From positions 54,660 through 118,659 of the forward strand of contig DF237216.1 of assembly GCA_000708835.1 (NCBI GenBank): a stretch of 64,000 nt of DNA, read 5' to 3'. The position numbers and the translations under genes are program-made. The stretch's first letter is position 1. Every line of letters starts with the position of its first letter. This document shows, one piece after another, positions 59,637 through 64,000 of this stretch. The notes beneath the pieces are model-generated. The model saw only the letters and a list, made by a program, of their open reading frames with translations, did not search any database and was not told the DNA's origin. This stretch comes from Klebsormidium nitens (taxonomy: Eukaryota; Plantae; Klebsormidiophyceae).

Positions 59637-62600
59637 ATGCTTGACCCTCTACAACGAGACGGGTATGGTGTCGCTTGTACAGTGGAGTTTCATGTCGCAA
59701 ATTTAGACTTCGTATCAACACAACCACGTTCCGCAAGGGTTCAAGGAAGAGCGCTCCATTCATTTAGCACTCTCAGGAGCTGCACCACCCCCATCAGACG
59801 TCCAGTCCAGAAAATGAGAGGGCGCATGGGGCTACGTTTGCAAGGATCTCCGTCCAGAGGCATCTTAATATCATGCATACTGCCGCCAAAAGTATCAAAA
59901 GGGAAGGCCAATAGAGTCTGCGGGGGTGCTTTGATGCCAGCATTGGATATTGGTATGGGAGCCAGGTCAGGAAAGCGCGCATCGTCAGCTACACCTCAAG
60001 CAAAAATGTCAAAAAATGTAAGCAGAAGTACAAGTGGTAAAAGCTTTGGGAATGGAGATGAAGAGGAAGAAGTGGGAGAAGAAAGTGAAGGATGGGACAA
60101 TGGAGCAGAACAGGAAGATGAAGATGGAGAAGACGGTGGTGGAGAAGGGGAAGATGAAGAAAGGGAATATGAAGACGGGCCTTGCAACGCCGTGCGATGC
60201 CAATGTGGCTTTGACGCAGTGTATCAGCAGACACTGGGCGTCGACCTGGGCGATAGGAACACTGGGGTGGCAATCAGTTGGGGAGATGTCGGGGCGCCCC
60301 GCTCACTGCAGGTTGGCCGTTCATCAATGTCCCCTGACAGGGCCCCTCTTCTACATGAAAACTTTGTCAAAGATGCTTCTAGAGCAGAGTATGAAATGAA
60401 AATAGTTGGAATGATGCCAAGACGTGTAATGAAGCCCCCCCAAGTTGTTCGCAGAAAACCTCTGTCGATAAGTGAGGTATCAAGGTCCTACCCCGTCATC
60501 TATTTTTGCTTGCATCTTGGCTGCCACTGTACTCAGAGATACCACATCCTGTGTACCACTGAACGACTTCCGCATATGAGGCCGTGTGTATACATTCCTG
60601 GCATGAGTATAGCAGGACAGCCTTCCACTCTTTGATTGGCAGTTGTTTAGCAACAGGAACAGCAGCTTTTTTGAGAGTGCTGTCTTGGCTCCCCTGCACA
60701 GATCCTCTAAGGCCATGTTAACAGCTCATCGTTTGATAACCTTACTTGGACTTGCCATTCAGCGTTTGAGTCCATCATCTTGTTGTTGAACGAGATTGAT
60801 AAGCCTCATGCGCATCTTGCATGCAAAGTGCATCCTCTGGAGGCCTCAGAACGAACATCTTGCGCAGGTCCTTCAACTGCCTTGGGACGAGCTTATCAGA
60901 AGACTGCTCGAGCTGGCTGAGAGCGAGGGCGCAGACGAGATCGTTGTGGGTCTGCCTCTGCAACTAGGCACGGGGAACGAGTCGAACCAGGCCCGCAAGT
61001 CGCGCACCTTTGCGGTAAAGCTGGCAGCGGCTGCTAATGCCAGGTGGTGTGATTGCCGGAGCCAGTCTTTCTGCTCAGATTCATTTTCACTTCACGTTCT
61101 GCATTGTCGCATCCAAACCTATATCTTTTGCAGAAGGAAAGACAAGGTTGTAGTCACTGCGCAGATGTTTCATCTTCACCCCTTGCTGCCATGCCTGGAT
61201 TGGACACAGAGTCCTGCAATTCTAAAGCGTTCTGTTATCTTGTTTTCTCATCATGATCACATGCATGCATTGCGCATCTGTGCAATTCAGACTGGTACGG
61301 CCAAATGACAATGGTTCCTTGACTTTGGATCAGGGAGTTTGATGCTCGGTCGGGATTGTCTTCGCAGAGGGGTTCGAGTGTACTTATTCGACGAAGCCCT
61401 GACTTCTAAAGACGCCATGTCATACATGATCAAAACGTAAGTTTTCTGCTTTCCTTAAAGGTTGCAGTCATTCTGGAATGGTTGCAAACATTTTTGCTAC
61501 TTTTGCTGGTCTTTGTGGTAAGCTTAGCGCAGGGCGTTGACTGTATCGTTTTGCCTACTCGTGCGTTGTTTGATTTGGTACTCAAGATGGAGCAGAATGA
61601 TGTTGAGGTTTCTCTTCGCAGCAATATGGGCTGGATCGCGCAGAGTCTGTCTTAGTAGGGGTGTTTTTGGTTCCAACTTGCTCCGCGACTTTGTAATTGT
61701 GCTCTGGTTGACGTTCGTCTGACCGGACAAGCACTCTTACTTACAGCGTTTCTTCCTTGTGAAAAGCACACTGTCCAATGAGAGCATAACTGAGAGCCGA
61801 CTCGTAAAAAGTTCTCTATGAGTAGTGGCGGTAAAAAGTGTTGACGTGCGGCTGGATCGTATGCAGAAGGGACTAGTCAGCCAACGCTTGTCTTGTACAG
61901 GCGATATCGGAATTTGCACCTCTTCTTGCACCTCTTCAATGGTGGACTTGAACGACTGCACTCGCTCGAAAAGCCTTGTCCGCGCTCTAAATACAAGCGG
62001 TTTAGAGGTTTTGCTACCTAAGGGTGAGATCATTTCAGTTTAATGCTGGACCGTGCTTGATTCCAAATAATTTCTCGTGCAATCGGTCTTGCAGCGGAGT
62101 TAAACGCAAAACTAGAAAGGCCAATCTGGACGCTATGGCTGCAGCGGTGAGCGAAGGGTTCAGGTCATACTTCTTATCTTGCTTCGATGGTCAACCCACA
62201 TCTTAGACGCAGTGGCGAAATGCTGAGAAGCTTGTTCAGGTAAACGAAGCATTGCCCCGTTCGGGCGCCTGCGATGATTGGAGGCTCTTTCTAGTCAAAA
62301 GCCCGTCGCGTGTCTTGATGCAAAGGCCCGCTATCATAATCGAACTCAAGTTCAATATGATTGTAGGCCAGGATAATTTAAGGGACGGGTGGGATTAGTC
62401 TGGGGTTTAGCGAGGGTAGGGGTGCGGAGCAGGTAATGTTTTAAATCTAGACTTTGGTGTTGGTCGGAGCTTGTAATCCTTTTGGCTGATTTATCCTCCT
62501 AGATTCTCATGTTATCAGAGCGCACGTGTTCTCCTGCACTCAACGTACCACATATGCATGCATCGGCCTGAAGTGCAATTGATGTAAATGGGCTTAACTG

Positions 62601-62794
62601 CAGCCTTTTACTAATGCTCGCCGTTTGCTTTCATTGACCTGTATTGAACTTCAATGGGCTCTCTTCTGAGGTGTGCCCGCTGTCACTTTGTCTGGCAGGT
62701 GCTGTTAGAAACCTACTTTCGTGATGGGGGCTGCAAAGCTGAACGAGTGGCGCCGCCATTGCTGAGTGCAACACGTGGAGCACTAGGATGCTGA
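59637..62794 (+). CDS. yqgF: YqgF/RuvX-family nuclease (putative pre-16S rRNA nuclease), ~355 aa, probably organelle-targeted
   Basis: Exons 59637-60311, 60868-61043, 61368-61436, 62095-62146 and 62699-62794 with consistent phases. Motifs: LGVDLGDRNTGVAIS, IVVGLP, VYLFDEALTS, LDAMAAAVLLETY. The start codon is uncertain. Confidence 0.9.
62382..62442 (-). repeat. Dispersed ~70-bp repeat, copy 3 (intron 4 of YqgF)
   Basis: Reverse complement aaaacattacctgctccgcacccctaccctcgctaaaccccagactaatcccacccgtccc aligns with copy 2. Confidence 0.55.
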
Positions 62795-64000
62795 CACGTG
62801 GAAGGATTTCAAGAAACGGCGGGTCTTCAACGACAGCCTATATGAAGGATTGGGATAGTTTTTGATAAGCAACAAGGACTGAGGGCGGGACCCACTTGAT
62901 CTACACTACTAGCTGATTGGATCCAACTCACAATCCTTTGGAGTGTTCCATCCGATCGGCCTAGGTGTCCCTTTGAGTTTCTTAGCTGAGTCCCTTTGAG
63001 CCTCCTCCGTTGATACTGTCTAGAAAAGTCACTTGATTGCCTTACTATACAGGCTGCCTAGACGGCCGCAGCGGCCGACTGGATTAAAGGCGGCACACGC
63101 ACTTCCAAATAACAGTCCGTCACTGATCGACGCGGTTTAGTACTCGAGTCATAGGTTCGAAGGTTGGAATAAACCGAAGGCGCGGTCTAGCTAGCCCAAG
63201 GCTGCCCCGCCTGACTCAACGCCTGGCATGCCAGAGCAACTTCTCTAGATTACATCATGTCATGCGCATTTCAGACTCAAAGGGTATGTCGACGTATTGC
63301 CAGTGACATTGCACCGAAACATGAGGTAAATTCCGGATTTCAATATTCACTTGTCGATCTTTTAAATTAAAGGCTATCAGAGCGGTATGGGGCACAGCGG
63401 ATCGGACAGAAGAGACAAATGACCGCGAGCTTGATCTGATCGACACTTCCGCATTCATCTGCATCATGATGCATCTGATCGAAAGAATGTATGAACCTTC
63501 AAGAAGTTGAAGAAGACAGTTAAGAATTATCACAGGCCCGCGCGGGTCCGATGCAGTCTCTTTTCGTGTCCCCCGGGGCCAAAAGGCCATAGGCTTCTCT
63601 TGGCATACATGGACACTTCTCTTATAGCCCATGCGTATCAAAGGCATGGGGCGAGCTGTGCGGGTACAGGCAGTGTCAATGCTTTTTGCAGGGACATGTT
63701 CTTACAACAACTCAGACGACAATCTTATGACCTAGGAACCAGATGACCAAACGACCGATGCCGTACTGCATTTGCACTATTCGTCTACGCTGAAGCAGCC
63801 AACGTTTGGATCATCCATCTATGAGATGAGGATCATTACCACAATTGGCTTTATACGGTTCGGTGTCATGCGGTCTTATGTCGGTGCGATATCATGTCGG
63901 TGAACAGACTGCCGCGCTCAGGCTAACGGCGAAAATGAAAAAGATACGATCTTTCCAGGTCACTCATATGGCATGCACACATCATCCATGATCCCTTGGC

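Noticed and set aside
61524-62033. Two minus-strand ORFs in YqgF intron 3
   Set aside because: Short, without motifs and not joinable, so there is no support for a nested gene.

Overview
Eukaryotic nuclear DNA with GT-AG introns and plant-like genes, most consistent with a streptophyte green alga such as Klebsormidium (inference). All coordinates were counted by hand and may be off by a few bases. Five conserved genes could be modelled exon by exon with consistent splice phases: a METTL25/RRNAD1-type methyltransferase (-), UDP-GlcNAc pyrophosphorylase (+), a land-plant unknown-function protein of DUF7138 type (-), a 22-exon PIR/SRA1/CYFIP gene (-) and a YqgF/RuvX nuclease (+). Between about 17 and 35 kb lies an accessory island. 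It holds five paralogs of an unrecognised single-exon family (N-terminal MGxxC lipidation-type motif, helical core, C-terminal coiled coil ending K[KR]APWD); two are intact and three are disrupted only in their 5' part. They flank an atypical thioredoxin gene and a secreted protein built from two phase-1 exons that each encode a 4-Cys module. A second recurring pattern is splice-junction 'echoes': introns, above all in PIR, contain tandem decayed copies of the neighbouring acceptor plus exon start (up to five extra copies) or of exon end plus donor. The first 6 kb contains a PIF/Harbinger-type MITE and decayed transposon-like and orphan exon fragments. No rRNA, tRNA or CRISPR array was seen.
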